This document shows, piece by piece, positions 23,999 through 35,590 of a stretch of DNA of 35,696 nt. Each line of letters starts with the position of its first letter. Positions within the stretch are counted from its first letter, which is position 1. Under the pieces are notes generated by a model. That model searched no databases, was not told the DNA's origin, and saw nothing but the letters and a program-made list of their open reading frames with translations. A program made the translations under genes and the position numbers. The DNA comes from Octopus sinensis (Eukaryota). The stretch spans positions 1 through 35,696 of the forward strand of contig NW_021826261.1 in assembly GCF_006345805.1 (NCBI RefSeq), in the 5' to 3' direction.

Positions 23999-24293
23999 AG
24001 GCGCGTGGCTTAATGGTTAGGGTACTTGGCTCACGATCGTAAGCTAGTGAGCTCGATTCCCGCCTGTGCGTTGTGTCCTTGAGCAAGGCACTTTATTTCT
24101 CGTTGCTCCTCTCCACTCAGATGACAAAAACGAGCAGTACTTGTTTATGAAAGGGCCAGCCCTGTCGCATTCTGTATCACGCTGAAACTCCCCGAGAACA
24201 ACATTTAGGGTAGTTGCACGTTAATTTCACGGGCAAGCCGTTTCGTTGATCGGATCAACTTGAACGCTCGTCGTCGTAAGCGACGGAATGCCA
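23999..24293 (+). mobile_element. tRNA-derived SINE, body 2 plus tail X
   Basis: TGGCTTAATGG A box, GCTCGATTCCC B-box-like motif, TTGTGTCCTTGAGCAAGGCAC CORE-like segment, CTCGTCGTCGTAAGCGACGG tail. Confidence 0.85.
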
Positions 24294-24419
24294 GTCATGG
24301 TAGAAGTGCGAATGAAATAATCAGCGTGACACAAATTCAACACAGATTTGAAAATTAAGTTCCGGCTCTCGGCATTTCAATCCTCCCTGGCTCAACAAAG
24401 TAAAGTACCAGTCATTTAA

Positions 24420-24547
24420 CATTTACTTGTTTCAGTCAGGGGCATCGCCTTGAAGAATTCTAGTTTGCCTCCCCGCTAAGTTACGTGGAGGCAAACACGC
24501 CAACGCCCGTTGTCAAGCGGTGATCACACACACACACACGTATATAT

Positions 24548-24591
<44 letters not shown>

Positions 24592-24770
24592 ACCATCGTC
24601 ACTTGAAAACCTTGGTGCTGGTTTATTTACGTCCCAGCGAATTAATGGCTCGGCCAAAGCAATCGATAGGATAAAACTTAAGCAGAAAAAAATAAGTACA
24701 AGGGTCGAAGGTTGTGCCCGGGCATGGTCGCAGTCCAATGACTGAAACAAGTAAAAGATAAAAGATAATA
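24420..24770. mobile_element. Two SINE family A 3' halves in inverted orientation joined at a (CA)/(TG) tract
   Basis: TTTACTTGTTTCAGTCA at 24422 and TGACTGAAACAAGTAAA at 24739. Confidence 0.75.
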
Positions 24771-24779
24771 TGTAATGGG

Positions 24780-25097
24780 TAAAGGGTGAAGTTCCCTGTC
24801 AGTCATGACTGACCCTTGGATTGCACCTAGAAAGTACCTCTCCCGGGCACAAATCCGGGCAAGGTTGTTTTATGGAAGACCATCAGTCGCCCATGCATAC
24901 CAGTCTCTCCTCTTCATGTCACCGATGTTATCCTAGGGAAAGGCAAATGAGCCGATACAGCTTGGCATCAGTGACGTCACAACTCATTTCTACAGCCTGA
25001 GTGCACTGGAGCCACGTGAAATAAAGTGTCATGCTCAAGAACACAACACACAGCCCGATCTGGGAATCGAACTCACTACCTCATATTGTAAGCCCTT
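24780..25097 (-). mobile_element. tRNA-derived SINE, body 2 plus tail W
   Basis: Minus strand: GAGTTCGATTCCC B box and TGTGTTCTTGAGCATGACACTTTATTTCACG, then a distinct tail. Confidence 0.75.
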
Positions 25098-25346
25098 CGC
25101 CGGACGATGTTATTAAATGAACGTTTCTTACAGAGAGAAGGATATGTGAGGTTTGACAGCCATTTCAAGCATTCACCACGTAAATGCTCCCTTTTTGGCT
25201 AATGTTATAGAAAAGATAATGGCATACAATAAGCATGAAACGATGAGATGGACATGGATGGAATGTTTTCGCTCATAAATCTGTTATATGAGAACTGACT
25301 TCGGTTAAAAGTAATTTCAACATATGTAACATGAAAATATAGATAA

Positions 25347-25752
25347 CTAGCTGTATAGCCCGGTGTTGCTCGGGTTTGTTTTTATTTGCGCTTAAAACGA
25401 CCCTTTAGAATTGAAATTTTTGAAAAGTAAAAATTTTGCATTATGCAGCTTGTCATTATCTTTAAGTGAACATTTTTCTGGTTGAAATACACCGAAAAAT
25501 GGCGACAAAGCAGTCAAAAATTCGTAAAAAATAGGGATTTTCATAGAAAAAAAAGCACCTTTGGATGTAAATAATTTTTGGTGTTAATATGGTCCGATTT
25601 GAATTTTTCTTCTACGGAATAAAGAGCAAGCCTTCTTCTATCATACTTTCAATTTTGATGAACTTGCGCCGCAGAGTCTCGGAGGAGATAGTGTTAGTTG
25701 AAGGCTACCAAACCTGCCAACACAGATAACTTCAGCTTTATATATAGAGAGA
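25347..25752 (-). mobile_element. Non-autonomous Helitron
   Basis: The minus strand starts TCTCTCTATATATAAA, ends with the hairpin CCCGAGCAACACCGGG then CTAG, and sits between A and T with no TSD. Confidence 0.85.
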
Positions 25753-26051
25753 TTAGACGCTGTATTATAACGTTAATGGACTAAAATCATGTTTATAGAA
25801 GTAGCAAAAAAGAAAATAAAACAAACTTCGAATAACATCCATGTCGCTATGATATAACAAACATGAATAAAGACAAGCAGACCAAACGATAGAAGGAACG
25901 ATCTCATAACATACATAAAACCATGTGGTGTTATTTTTTTATTAACCATACGGTTTTACATAGAGGGAACACTACAACACATTGGGGACACAAAACATCA
26001 AAAAAAATTATCGTATTATGAAATGAGAAAAAGGGTGAAAATGTGAAATGA

Positions 26052-26087
26052 AAGTGATGTTAACTGCCCCATCAGCTAACATCACTT
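26052..26087 (-). other. 15-bp stem-loop 13 nt downstream of an ORF stop
   Basis: AAGUGAUGUUAGCUG-AUGGGG-CAGUUAACAUCACUU (one GU pair) with a U-rich 3' flank. Confidence 0.7.
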
Positions 26088-26100
26088 GTCCTTTTTTTTC

Positions 26101-26283
26101 CTATTTTACCGCGAAAACCACAAAGTCCCCAAATTTAACCTCGTATATTTCTTCTAGTTCATCCTTATGTTCCGGTGCCAATGTTCCTCTTATCAACATA
26201 TATACATCCTCAAGTTCCGTTTTAAGTTCCTCCTCCTGATCTTTAGACAATACTACTTCCATTTTCTCATGCCAGCCATCCAT
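26101..26283 (-). CDS. Possible short acidic protein fragment of unknown origin
   Basis: Non-repetitive, protein-like 60 aa (72 codons stop to stop); no family recognised. Confidence 0.3.
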   Translation of the reverse strand: MDGWHEKMEVVLSKDQEEELKTELEDVYMLIRGTLAPEHKDELEEIYEVKFGDFVVFAVK

Positions 26284-26399
26284 CGATGGATACCATAAAC
26301 GAACATCCGAGGCACCTCAACACACTAGAAACGCAACCTTTCGAAATAATAATTAACAACACCTAATTTCTTTTTCTAAATACGACTTTGTCCGAAACA

Positions 26400-26740
26400 A
26401 GGGTTCAGACCTTTGTAGCGTAAGGGACTACAATGAAGAAAAACGGGGCTCGCGACTTTAAGAGATGTCGATTGATAGAAAAGCTTAAAGGACTGAATAT
26501 CACGGGCCAGATGATAGGGAGTTGCAGAGAGCAGCAGTCTGAGGAAAGTAGCAATTAGAATAAAAGAACTTTATGACGAACTGGAAGCTCAATAGAAAAA
26601 ACGATGAACCTGGGAAGAGAAGCGGGTGATGCGTTTAAAGATTCCTAGATTTGGAAAGTTCATCTGAGCAATGACCATGGAAATGCTGATAAAAAAGACA
26701 ACGGAAATACATTTCAACGATGAGTCAAAAACACCAACCA
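26400..26740 (-). mobile_element. Decayed CR1 (Zenon-like) 3' fragment
   Basis: LTHR*NV...FYQHFHGHCSDEL and YSNCYFPQTAALCNSL resemble HRRxV..LFYRYxxGxCSxEL and SFFPRTxxLWNxLP. Confidence 0.65.
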
Positions 26741-27722
26741 AGAAGAAAGGAGAGGAGCCCCTACGTGAACAACTCTATCCTGAACTCGACCAAGCAAATT
26801 AAGAGAGTCAGTGTATATGTAATTACATAATAATTATACACACATTCTTCCTTCGGCCTCACAGAGCAGCCAGAAGGTTACACACTGCGGCTAAATGATT
26901 ACCAGACTAGCGATCAACATAATTATAGGATATGTTGATGTCTATTACACATATTGGTGCAAAATTAATACAGATAACACAAGGGGCGAGCGACATCACA
27001 ACTAAATTCCTTGAGAATGTTAAATATGTTACGCAAACATATCTACATACCTTATAAAGATAACTACAATTATTCAGACATCACCTTCTAATATCCATAT
27101 CTAGCTACCATAACCATATGGGAGACTGTCACATAACTCTTCTTCAAACATTTACCAAAGCATTATCACGGCACTCACACATACCTCAACCAACAAAATA
27201 ACACTTTCACCGAACCCCAATGAATCCAGTTCCGTTGGGAAATGGAAGTGAGTTTCCTTCAAGACTCATCAACATCTCTCAATTATTAACATAGACGCTG
27301 TAGTACTTATAAATATGTGTAACAAACTAATTATAGATACTTAAGAAAACCACGTCCCACAAAGCACCATAAAACACAAAAGCTTAATTACATTGCTGAA
27401 ATAACTAATCAGATAAAGATAAAGATAACTTCAAATACAACAACAGAAATACAACCCACCAACAAGAAACTAAAGAAAGAAACAATAACAACACAAACCA
27501 AGAAAATACGAGCATAAAACAAGCAACAAAGCGCTATACAAAGTAATTAGTAATATCAACAGCTCTGACAATGACTTCACCGCATCACACGTCACAACTC
27601 CAGTTAACATTGCCTCACTTAGTAAGTAATGGTCTTATCAGACATTTTAAACATTCATCCGCCATAGAAATACACTAAGGAGACAAAAACACAAACCCAA
27701 GCTACACACCTTTCATCCAGAT

Positions 27723-28031
27723 CAGTGGTTCTCAACCATTTTTGCTTATGAACCCCTTTGATTTTTGATTTACTTTACTGGACCCCAATAGTCATTCGGT
27801 GCTTAAAAGATCCTATTATATTTTGATAATTAAATATTAAGAATTGTTTAAAAAATTGCTATTAAAATATTTTGTGTATTGTGGAAGTATGACCAGTTTA
27901 TTGCACATAAATTTTGACAAAAAATCTTATATAGATCCCCAAGGATCATATTGACCCCCCAAGGATCATATGGACCCCCCAGGTCATATGGAGCCCCCAA
28001 GGGATATGTAGAGCCTGGTTGAGAACCACTG
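27723..28031. mobile_element. hAT/Charlie-type MITE
   Basis: Perfect 15-bp TIR CAGTGGTTCTCAACC; 8-bp flanks ATCCAGAT/ATCTAGAA (nTCTAGAn type); subterminal GACCCCCAAGG repeats. Confidence 0.9.
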
Positions 28032-28067
28032 ATCTAGAACATACTTTCGGTCCCTCAATTAGAAGTT

Positions 28068-28372
28068 GTTTTTTCTTCTCGAGCCATGCCTGGCTCATTA
28101 AGGCCGGTTTTCCGGCTTCCTTGGCGTATAGTTTCCCCACCTGGACAGGAAGCCGGTCCATCGCAGGTGAGCAGCAAGGCGAAGGAGGGAAGAGTAAGAG
28201 AAAGTTGTGGCGAAGAGTCAGCAGAAGTTCGCCATTACCTTCTGCCGGAACCGCGTGGAGCTTAGATGTTTCGCTTAAATGTTTCGCACACACATCGCCC
28301 GGTCTGAGAAACGAACCCGCGATCCCTCGACCGCGAGTCCGCTGCTCTAACCACTAGGCCATGTGCCTCCAC
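28068..28372 (-). mobile_element. tRNA-derived SINE, body 1 plus tail Z, with TSD
   Basis: TGGCCTAGTGG A box, GGTTCGTTTCTC B-box-like motif; 12-bp TSD CAATTAGAAGTT at 28056-28067 and 28373-28384. Confidence 0.9.
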
Positions 28373-29367
28373 CAATTAGAAGTTAATATTGCGTAAATGA
28401 AATTCAACAATTTGTAACCAGACAAAATCACAAACATACACTTAGCAGGCCTCATACTCCAATAGACAACATTTACAACTACTCGATATTAAGCTGCCAA
28501 ACTATCAAAAAGTGGAAATTGGGTAATATAATCGTAGTTCTAAAACCCAAGGAAAAGCCAATTCAAATGGCATTGCACAAACCGTTAACCCTCGTATAAA
28601 TATTTGCAAAACACTTAGAAAGTCTTGACCTTGATCTCGCTGTTATTAATAAACATACATTCTTCTCTTCAAGTCACAACATGGATTCAAACTGCATAAC
28701 CACAAGATTCTTCACTAATCTTACACGAAAATACATATTGGCTTCGAAACAAAACATCACCCTCATTGGTGCCATTTTTATCACCGATGACATCAGCAAG
28801 GATTTTGACGTCATTTTCGTTACTCACTTACTCAACCTCATCCCACGCTACATAAAAGGATGAAAACCTCCTTAAGAAACAACACATTGCTATCTCTGAA
28901 GTCAACAAGCTTTTTAAATACACACAGAACTTTTCTAATGTACAACTTCCTGAACGTTGTATCACAAAGATATACAATCCCTTCTACTCTTTTTAACCTG
29001 TATCCAAATAGTTTCTTCAATTCTATTTAAAATTAAAACACGGCCTCACATGCAGGACACATTACACTCACAACGTTCCACAACTCCTCAGATACAGCTG
29101 TAGAACGTGTCCAACACTACATCACCACTTAGAAACCTACATTTAAACAATAGCCCTATAGTCGTATTCACCAAATCAATAACCTCCTTTGTTGGCAGTA
29201 ACATCAAGGAACACCAATTATATGCAGTCATCTTATTCAACAGCATAAACATACCATATAGAAGCAAAAAAGTGAAGAAACAAAGCAACAAAAACACTGA
29301 AATACTAGGAATTACATCCACCGTGCGAAATAGAAAGCACCACACTTAATAACACACAGAAAAGCAC

Positions 29368-29783
29368 TGGTACTCCGTCGGTTGCGATGACGAGTGTTCC
29401 GGTTGATCCGATCAGCCAAACAGTCTGCTCGTGAAATTAACGTGCAAGTGGCTGAATACTCCACAGACACGCGTATTTAGACATCACCTTCTGATATCCA
29501 TATCTAGCTACCACAATCGCATGGGAAACTGTCACACAACTCCTACTCTTTTACTCTTTTACTCGTTTCAATCATTTGACTGTGGCCATGCTGGAGCACC
29601 GCCTTTAGTCGAGCAAATCGACCCCAGGACTTATTCTTTGTAGGCCTAGTACTTATTCTTTCGGTCTCTTTTGCCGAACCGCTAAGTTACGGGGACGTAA
29701 ACACACCAACATCGGTTGTCAAGCGATGTTGTGGGAGGGGGGGGAAACAAATATATAAACGCACACATATACATACATAATAC

Positions 29784-29850
<67 letters not shown>

Positions 29851-30250
29851 ATATATATATGCATATATACGACTGGCTTTTTTCAGTTTCCGTCCACCAA
29901 ATCTACTCACAAGGCTTTAGTCAGCTCGAGGCTATAGTAGAAAACACTTGCCCAAGGTGCCACGCAGCGGGATTGAACACGGAACCATGTGGTTGGTAAG
30001 CAAGCTACTTAGCACACAGTTACCAAAACATCATCACGGTACACACACATATACCTCAACCAACAAAATAACACTTTCACCGAACCAAGGTGCGACAAGG
30101 CTGGCCCTTTGAATTATAGGTATAACTGCTGAGTGGGCTGCAGCAGCGTGAAATAAAGTTTCTTGCTCAAAAGCACAACGCAACGCCAGGAATCGAACTC
30201 ACGACCTTACGATAGGGAATCGACTACACTAACCACTATGCCACACATCT
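29368..30250 (-). mobile_element. SINE body 2 plus tail X, split into 29368-29475 and 30088-30250 by nested insertions
   Basis: Both halves are collinear with 12097-12420. Confidence 0.75.
29544..30019 (-). mobile_element. SINE family A
   Basis: Near full-length match to 23305-23848. Confidence 0.9.
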
Positions 30251-30951
30251 TCAAAGAAATACTACAGCTAATTTACAAAGAATATGTTGCGGTAGCTAGT
30301 TAGTCGAATGATCTTCCTTGCAAGAAAGATCATAGAGTAACCTCCCTTTTATAAGTTTCTCGAAACATCTGTGTCATGAGACGGGATTCTTAATTATTCA
30401 AAAAGCTTAGCGTTTCTCTTAGAAGTTTCTAGAATGTCTAGCGTTCCATTAATAACAACAGCTTGCTGACCCTGCTCTTCACTTCTTAGTCGATTGGACT
30501 TAGAGCCATTCACCTCATTACTATGTCCGTCTGTTTCTCTACGCCACATGACTGAAAGCCACCATTTTGCTGTTATTTCTACATTTTCTATCTCTGAACT
30601 TTGTTGCATAGATTACTTCATTCAACTAGATTCTACAGTTTGATTCTATGTATCATCATCGACCAATAAATAAAATATATTTTTATGTAGTAAATATATA
30701 GAACTGGAATTTATTCCTCATCTCTTTATAAACTCTTGTAATAACATACACGCAGACATACACCTTGTACCGACTATATATTCCCACTACAAATACATTT
30801 AATGCGTTAGGATTATGTTTCTGCTGTACCACTAATTTTATTACAAATCGTAACAAACTACAAACCAAGCTGCTCAAACGGACATGTGAGGGCCACGGTT
30901 TATTATTATTAGGGCCATCTTCAATGCCACAGTGCTGCGTATCTTACACGA

Positions 30952-31542
30952 ACTGGCAGAAACGTTAGCACGCCGGGCGAAATGCTTAGCGGTATTTCGT
31001 CTGCCGCTACGTTCCGAGTTCAAATTCCGCCGAGGTCGACTTTGCCTTTCATCCTTTCGGGGTCGATAAATAAAGTACCAGTTACGCACTGGGGTCGATG
31101 TAATCGACTTAATTTGTTTGTCTGTCTTTGTTTGTCCCCTCTGTGTTTCGCCCCTTGTGGGTAGTAAAGAAATAGGTATTTCGTCTGCCGCTACGTTCTG
31201 AGTTCAAATTCCGCCGAGGTCGACTTTGCCTTTCATTCTTTCGGGGTCGATAAATAAAGTACCAGTTAGGCACTGGGGTCGATGTAATCGACTTAATTTG
31301 TTTGTCTGTCTTTGTTTGTCCCCTCTGTGTTTCGCCCCTTGTGGGTAGTAAAGAAATAGGTATTTCGTCTGCCGCTACGTTCTGAGTTCAAATTCCGCCG
31401 AGGTCGACTTTGCCTTTCATCCTTTCGGGGTCGATAAATAAAGTACCAGTTACGCACTGAGGTCGATGTAATCGACTTAATTTGTTTGTCTGTCTTTGTT
31501 TGTCCCCTCTATGTTTAGCCCCTTGTGGGTAATAAAGAAACA
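30952..31542 (+). mobile_element. SINE family B head-to-tail trimer (184-bp unit) with a single TSD
   Basis: GGTATTTCGTCTGCC at 30991, 31175 and 31359; TSD TATCTTACACGA at 30940-30951 and 31543-31554. Confidence 0.92.
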
Positions 31543-31812
31543 TATCTTACACGACTACTCCTAAACAAACACATCTAACATAATCCAGAACTCTGCTACA
31601 ACAGCATTGTTAGAACTCAATCTCTTTTGCCCAGTCTATAGAAACATGAAGAACTTCAACACAGAAACGTTGCAGCATCAATAACGTCATTAACCAAAAA
31701 TACTGAGCTTGGATGCACAGCACCAAGAATAAGTGCGAAAGTGCGAAAGCGTCGAAAGCGTTCGGGTTTAAAACACGCTATTTTTTCTCTTTCTCTCTCT
31801 CCCTCCCTCTCT

Positions 31813-31845
<33 letters not shown>

Positions 31846-31922
31846 ATACACACGCACACATTTTCTCCTCCCACTCTCATATATACAAACTCACATACAA
31901 ACAAATAAGCACACACTGATAA

Positions 31923-31956
<34 letters not shown>

Positions 31957-32076
31957 AGCAAATTACGAACAATTCTCCCTCATGCAACACGACAGAACTT
32001 GTACAAAACTTTTTGTTAAAAAAAACATATCTAATTGCTAACATAACGTATAACATTGGAACCAACGAAGCTAACA

Positions 32077-32161
<85 letters not shown>

Positions 32162-32167
32162 GTTATC

Positions 32168-32540
32168 GTGGAGGCGCAATGGCCCAGTGGTTAGGGCAGC
32201 GAACTCGCGGTCATAGGATCGCGGTTTCGATTCCCAGACCGAGCGTTGTGAGTGTTTATTGAGCGAAAACACCTAAAGCTCCACGAGGCTCCGGCAAGGG
32301 ATGGTGGTGATCCCTGCTGTACTCTTTCACCACAACTTTCTCTCACTCTTACTTCCTGTTTCTGTTGAACCTGTATTTCAAAGGGCCGGCCTTGTCACGC
32401 TGAATATCCCCGAGAACTACGTTAAGGGGACACGTGTTTGTGGAGTGCTCAGCCACTTACACGTTAATTTCACGAGCAGGCTGTTCCGTTGATTCGGATC
32501 AACCGGAACCCTCGTCGTCGCAACCGACGGAGTGCTTCCA
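32168..32540 (+). mobile_element. tRNA-derived SINE, body 1 plus tail X, within (TTA)n
   Basis: TGGCCCAGTGG A box, GTTTCGATTCCC B box; tail shared with 23999-24293. Confidence 0.9.
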
Positions 32541-32571
32541 TCCATTATTATTATCATCATCATCATCATCA

Positions 32572-32634
<63 letters not shown>

Positions 32635-33022
32635 ATTATTATTATTGCTAGGAAATTTATCGAGCATTTGAACTTTCACATTTCCTTCGTTGTGAAACTT
32701 ATTGAATACTTGAATTTTAATCATGTAAATTTGCTATGAAACCTTTTGAATGCTTGATTTTTGGGCATATTTTACCGCTATGAAACTTTCTGGTGCATTG
32801 TCTTTCGTTTTAGGCATTTATCTTGTTTTATGTTATATTTGCCACTGAATAACAAAGATATGGAAACCGGTATGGTTTTTTAATAAATTTAGAATTTACC
32901 ATGTATATATGTATATATTCGTTGTATAAAGTACACACACACACACGTGCACGCAGACAGATACGTATATATATGCATACACACTTATGCGTGTGTGTCT
33001 ATGTGTGTGTGTGTGTGTGTGC

Positions 33023-33056
<34 letters not shown>

Positions 33057-33066
33057 TATATTAGAC

Positions 33067-33182
33067 CTGAAGCGGAGAGTTTGTCTGACGATCGAGTTTC
33101 ACGCCAATGCTATCATCAGGCAAAAGCGTTTCGCCTGCCTGATGGCATGAAACTCGACTCTGAGACAAGCTCTCAGCTTCAG
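33067..33182. other. 116-nt imperfect inverted repeat (long hairpin)
   Basis: Pairs 33067-73/33176-82, 33075-86/33163-74, 33092-101/33148-57 and 33113-22/33136-45. Confidence 0.85.
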
Positions 33183-33283
33183 TTTTAATGAAAAGAAACT
33201 ATATATTGAGCATTTCTTATTCGTTCGACATTAATAATGTACGCATGTATATAGGTATATGTATGTATATATATATATATATA

Positions 33284-33339
<56 letters not shown>

Positions 33340-33343
33340 GTGT

Positions 33344-33643
33344 GTGGAGGCGCAATGGCCTAGTGGTTAGGGCAGCGGATCCGCGGTCGCAGGATCGCAG
33401 TTTCGATTCCCAGACCGGCGTTGTGAGTGTTTATTGAGCGAAAACACCTAAAAAAGCTCCACGATGCTCCGGCAGGGGGTGGTGATCCCTGCTGTACTCT
33501 TTCACCACTCTTTCTCCCACTCTTTCTTCTGTTGGCCTGCTCGCTTAGCCAGCGGGGTGGCGTCATTCGAAGGCTAAAACAATGCGAACGCATTGTGACC
33601 AGCGATGTGTAACAACATCTGATGGTCTGGTCGGTCACGTGAT
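33344..33643 (+). mobile_element. tRNA-derived SINE, body 1 plus tail Y
   Basis: The first 160 bp or so match the copy at 32168; the tail matches 18370-18497. Confidence 0.9.
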
Positions 33644-33998
33644 TACGTGAATATATATTATATATCTTCTCTTTCTGTAGACGCGCATGAATTAAGAGTT
33701 CCCATGGATTCTCAGCTGGTGAGCCGCTTTTGAGAACGACAAGCTGAAAAAGCTTGGGCACCAACTTCCAAAATATCTCACCGATTTTACTAGCTTCTGA
33801 GATACCGATTCTTTTGGTTAGTGAAGACAAAGTTTGAATTTGAACACATAAAGAGAATCTAATATTACCAATCATCTCAATTTTGCAATGCACATTCCTG
33901 ATCGGTTACTTTATTTATCGACCGGTCTGTATTTATTTATTTATATTTACCGATAACTATCTATCTATTTATCTGTCTGTCTGTCTATCTACTTATCT

Positions 33999-34085
<87 letters not shown>

Positions 34086-34124
34086 CACACACACACACAC
34101 CACATATGCACACACATATAAACC

Positions 34125-34200
34125 AGGGGTTGTGAGTTTCTTAAAGGCGGTGCTCCATGATGGGCGCAGTCAAATAACTGAAACAAAAGAATAAAATAAA
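34125..34200 (+). mobile_element. SINE family A tail fragment
   Basis: TAAAGGCGGTGCTCCA...GCAGTCAAATAACTGAAACAA. Confidence 0.7.
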
Positions 34201-34270
34201 TGTATATATATAATATTATATATATATATAATATATATATATATATACATACACGTATATATTTATATGC

Positions 34271-34313
<43 letters not shown>

Positions 34314-34360
34314 GTACACATACATTACATATACATATACATAATATACGTATATGTATG

Positions 34361-34443
<83 letters not shown>

Positions 34444-34809
34444 TGTATCTGAGAAGTCACGGCAGCAATAAACGATTGACATATCTTTTCAATTGAAAGT
34501 CAATTTCGTTACGAATGAACTATATTTTTATGACAGATGTCATCTCCCCGGGTGAAGTGGATATCTCTCATTGCTTCTCATTGCTTTTTCGCTATTCCAA
34601 ATTATATAACGAAGACGAACAAGCAAAAAACAAAGCGAAAGCCCTACACTTCAATGTATGTTTGCGGCACCCTTCAGCGTACGGCATCTCGAGAGGCCTA
34701 GTTGTTCTAACCTTACTCGAGAGAATATGGCAAGAATGCACGACTTGGTGAGACGAAAACTGTGCGAGACAAATGTGATATATACGCAGATACGGGTAAA
34801 CCTATCAAC

Positions 34810-35053
34810 AATATACATGCATGCACAACATATATATGTATATATATGTCTATATATAATATATATATATATATATTATATATATATTATATATATATAT
34901 ATACATATTTACATATACATAATACATATAAATATATACACACCACATATATACATATACATATATGTATACACACATATATATATATATATATACATAA
35001 TACATGCATACACATATATACATACACACACTTATATACATATAATACATATG

Positions 35054-35096
<43 letters not shown>

Positions 35097-35590
35097 CATA
35101 TAGTACATATATACATATATATGTATATATATACACATACATGTATGTATATATATAAATACACAGACACACACTCATACAAACACATTTTTATATACAC
35201 ACACACAAACACGCACTAAAGTATATATATTCAAACACGGTCACAAGAACAACCAGTCTCACACACACACACACTCACATCTATTTGTCTCTGTATATGA
35301 GATATACACGCCTATATGTGTATATATGCAACTATACACAATGCCCTGCACCCGCATCCCTCCCCCTCACGCACAAGCCTATACGCAGCCACATACGATC
35401 ACACGCATACACAAATAGGAGCATAAGCATAGACATTCACATACACACACACACACACACAGATTTGTATATGCATATACGCAAACACACAACTACTCAA
35501 ACACACATAGACAGACACGCACACAGACACACAGACACACTGACACACAGACACACTGACACACACACACACACTCACACACAAACACTC
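34810..35590. repeat. Long degenerate (TA)/(CA) low-complexity tract
   Basis: Direct sequence; similar tracts at 1460-1535, 1728-1930, 8440-8700, 11200-11500, 15835-15965 and 34200-34440. Confidence 0.9.

Larger units (their letters stand above)
26940..29350 (+). mobile_element. Decayed APE-RT LINE (I/Jockey/R1-like), interrupted by a MITE and a SINE
   Basis: SDIT...W.TV..L..KHLP (APE end); PDKITNIH, KWKLGNIIVVLKP, QHGFK, DISKDFDV, STLFNLY, AGHITL (YADD position), ILGIT. Confidence 0.75.

Noticed and set aside
30394-30609. 71-aa non-repetitive ORF
   Set aside because: No recognisable motif or splice context; the length is within chance expectation.
32168-32240. tRNA gene (also 33344 and 28300-28372)
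   Set aside because: A and B boxes are present but continue into SINE bodies; these are tRNA-derived heads, not tRNAs.
34658-34760. Mariner N-terminal-like ERPS...[12 protein letters not shown]
   Set aside because: Short, weak similarity with no TIR or catalytic region nearby.
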